DNA from: Nitrosomonas europaea | Lineage (GTDB): Bacteria; Pseudomonadota; Gammaproteobacteria; Burkholderiales; Nitrosomonadaceae | DNA length: 28,346 nt | NCBI RefSeq assembly: GCF_900167395.1 | Contig: NZ_FUWK01000008.1 | Coordinates: 43,942 to 72,287 of the forward strand | Reading direction: 5' to 3' | Shown here: positions 27,122 through 28,346 of the stretch, in pieces | How positions within the stretch are numbered: the stretch's first letter is position 1 | Layout of the letters: each line of letters opens with the position of its first letter | Notes under the pieces: generated by a model | What the model was told of the DNA's origin: nothing | The model's database searches: none | What the model saw: only the letters and a program-made list of their open reading frames with translations | Position numbers and translations under genes: made by a program

Positions 27122-27197
27122 GCCGGCATAGCTCAGTTGGTAGAGCAGCTGATTTGTAATCAGAAGGTCGCGAGTTCAATTCTTGCTGCCGGCACCA
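27122..27197 (+). tRNA. tRNA-Thr (anticodon UGU)
   Basis: I folded a 76-nt cloverleaf by hand. The acceptor is GCCGGCA/TGCCGGC and the D arm is GCTC-AGTTGGTA-GAGC. The anticodon stem is CTGA/TCAG with loop TTTGTAA, the T arm is GCGAG-TTCAATT-CTTGC, and CCA is encoded. Confidence 0.9.
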
Positions 27198-27238
27198 TTA
27201 AATCAATAGGTTACAAGATTATCTTCTGATTCGGATTC

Positions 27239-27430
27239 TTATCTGCCCCCAGAAACGTAACTATTAGTGGAGTTCACCGCTCGTTTCTTCCGCATATCTG
27301 GCCAGATGGCGCTGGAAAAATGAGCGTATTGCCTTACCATATCTGCCGACTCCCAACCCTCCAGTTCCTGCAGTGCGTCCAGATTTACTGCAAAAGGCCA
27401 AGGTTTATGCTTGAGGGAGCAAAGGGGCAA
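27239..27430 (-). pseudogene. Tyrosine recombinase (phage/island integrase) C-terminal remnant
   Basis: Only about 60 codons remain. ALQELEGWESADMVRQYAHFS matches the integrase C-terminal LQELLGH.S..MT.RYAH box with the catalytic Tyr. The upstream catalytic R/H/R region is absent. It lies 41 nt from the tRNA-Thr 3' end. Confidence 0.65.
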
Positions 27431-27565
27431 CTATTAATGTTCTGGATTGAATGTTAACCAAGTCACTCTGGATTATTACACATGGCCTCAGTTTTCTTGT
27501 TTCTACACCTTTCGTCGGCTCAAGATCAACCCAGTAAATATATCCAGTTGCTTGAAATCAGTCAT
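27405..27565 (-). pseudogene. MazF/PemK-family toxin remnant (frameshifted near the start, truncated after about 50 codons)
   Basis: My manual minus-strand translation gives GYIYWVDLEPTKGVETRKLRPCVIIQSDLVNIQSRTLIVAPLLPQA*. This matches the MazF/Kid N-terminal pattern G.I..V.L.P..G.E....RP.V......N......V.P.T. The ATG at 27563-27565, which overlaps the antitoxin stop, is in a different frame (MTDFKQLDIFTG...*). Confidence 0.55.
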
Positions 27566-27800
27566 TGATTAATCCATCTGACAGCGTACTGTCCCATGCC
27601 TGTAATTCTTCCTGATAGCTTGTATCCTCTGCCTCTTCCTGATTTACTTTGCGCAAAGCTGTCTGAAGGAAATTTTTGTGTTCCTGTTTTAAGAGCTGAT
27701 TAATGTAGGCGCTGTGATTGTTGCTTGCCACATTATTCAAAAAAGCAAAAGTTTCATCGTCGAGTGTAATAGTTACTCTATGTGTTTGCCGATGCAGAGG
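27558..27800 (-). pseudogene. RHH/CopG-like antitoxin-like ORF lacking a canonical start
   Basis: The open frame reads PLHRQTHRVTITLDDETFAFLNNVASNNHSAYINQLLKQEH...LIND*. (R)VTITLDDE..F..L......N.S.YI..LL is the ribbon-helix-helix N-terminal pattern. No ATG or GTG lies upstream of the beta-strand. The only listed start (TTG 27740) removes that strand. Confidence 0.45.
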
Positions 27801-28087
27801 TTAAAGCCGTACATTGATCTGCTATTGGTGTATTCGGTGCACTGGATGCTGAAGTAGTTTCTTGTTCAACATAAAGGAGCAGGAAGAAATCCCGGACGAT
27901 TAGGGGTGGGTAGAGAGACGCCCGGGATGAGGAGGGTGAGATTGCATGGAGAGAATGATTAATAATGAGAAGCAATCTCGTTGATGATGCTAATGATATG
28001 GATGATGGAAGTCAAGTGTCTTTATATGTAGTAGTTGAGATCTGATCTGACAGTTACCCGATTTGACGAGTGCCTGTTAGATCAGAT

Positions 28088-28346
28088 TCAGTTATTCAAT
28101 TCGGTAATTTTATCGTCCCATATCTCCTTAGCGTCAATTAAAGTTTGCATCGGGGTGCGTCCACAGCACATTTTTCCCTGGTGAGTCCGCACACTGTTGT
28201 AGTACGCCATCCAATCATCCAGATCGTGTTGTAACTCTTCAATGGACTGGTAAATCTTGCGCCGGAATGTCACCTGGTAGAACTCCTGCAAGATGGTTTT
28301 GTGAAAGCGTTCGCAAATACCGTTGGTCTGCGGATGATTGGCTTTC
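28088..28346 (-). mobile_element. IS481-family transposase, C-terminal part (gene continues beyond the window end)
   Basis: The minus-strand frame is open to the window edge. It reads KANHPQTNGICERFHKTILQEFYQVTFRRKIYQSIEELQHDLDDWMAYYNSVRTHQGKMCCGRTPMQT, the end of the rve integrase core (P.TNG..ER) plus the typical IS481 tail. Confidence 0.8.

Noticed and set aside
27778-27975. 65-aa minus-strand ORF between the antitoxin-like ORF and the IS fragment
   Set aside because: It has no motifs. It overlaps the open frame of the antitoxin-like ORF and looks like chance ORF content in decayed DNA.
28040-28087. 9-bp inverted repeat ATCTGATCT / AGATCAGAT abutting the transposase stop, considered as the IS terminal inverted repeat or a terminator
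   Set aside because: Only one IS end can be in the window. Without the other end or a second copy, the IS boundary cannot be defined. The stem is short, has a 30-nt loop and has no U-tract.

Overview
This is a chromosomal window from a proteobacterium. Gene content and order (petABC-sspAB, DUF721/dciA divergent from secA, lptFG) look betaproteobacterial. A Nitrosomonas-like origin is my recollection only and cannot be verified here. The housekeeping backbone is ribD, lptF/lptG, secA, cytochrome bc1 (petABC), sspAB and tRNA-Thr(UGU). Four blocks stand out. (1) 1-3929 is a secretion cassette resembling the Fap functional-amyloid system. It has a 5'-partial D/N/S/T/G-rich repeat protein, a strong intrinsic terminator, a small secreted protein sharing the repeat protein's C-terminal Q/N motif, a periplasmic C39 peptidase-like protein, another small secreted protein, and an outer-membrane barrel with an N-terminal coiled coil and a Pro-rich linker. 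The organisation is not the canonical fapABCDEF. (2) 6048-10654 is an exopolysaccharide mini-locus: two GT4 glycosyltransferases, a PaaK/F390-synthetase-like adenylating enzyme, and a convergent ExoD. (3) 11499-18873 is a co-directional, tightly packed lipid-type cluster wrapped around lptFG. It encodes a GNAT-like protein, a MobA-like nucleotidyltransferase, a CDP-alcohol phosphatidyltransferase with an extra N-terminal domain, a DAG-kinase-fold lipid kinase and a Tam41/Mmp37-like protein. I read this as a candidate self-contained, undescribed phospholipid or LPS head-group pathway. (4) 27198 to the window end is a decayed integrative-element scar at tRNA-Thr: an integrase C-terminal stub fused to a truncated, frameshifted MazF-like toxin, an RHH antitoxin-like ORF without a canonical start, and a partial IS481-family transposase. 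No CRISPR array or rRNA was seen. All family assignments come from motif recognition by eye and need HMM or BLAST confirmation.
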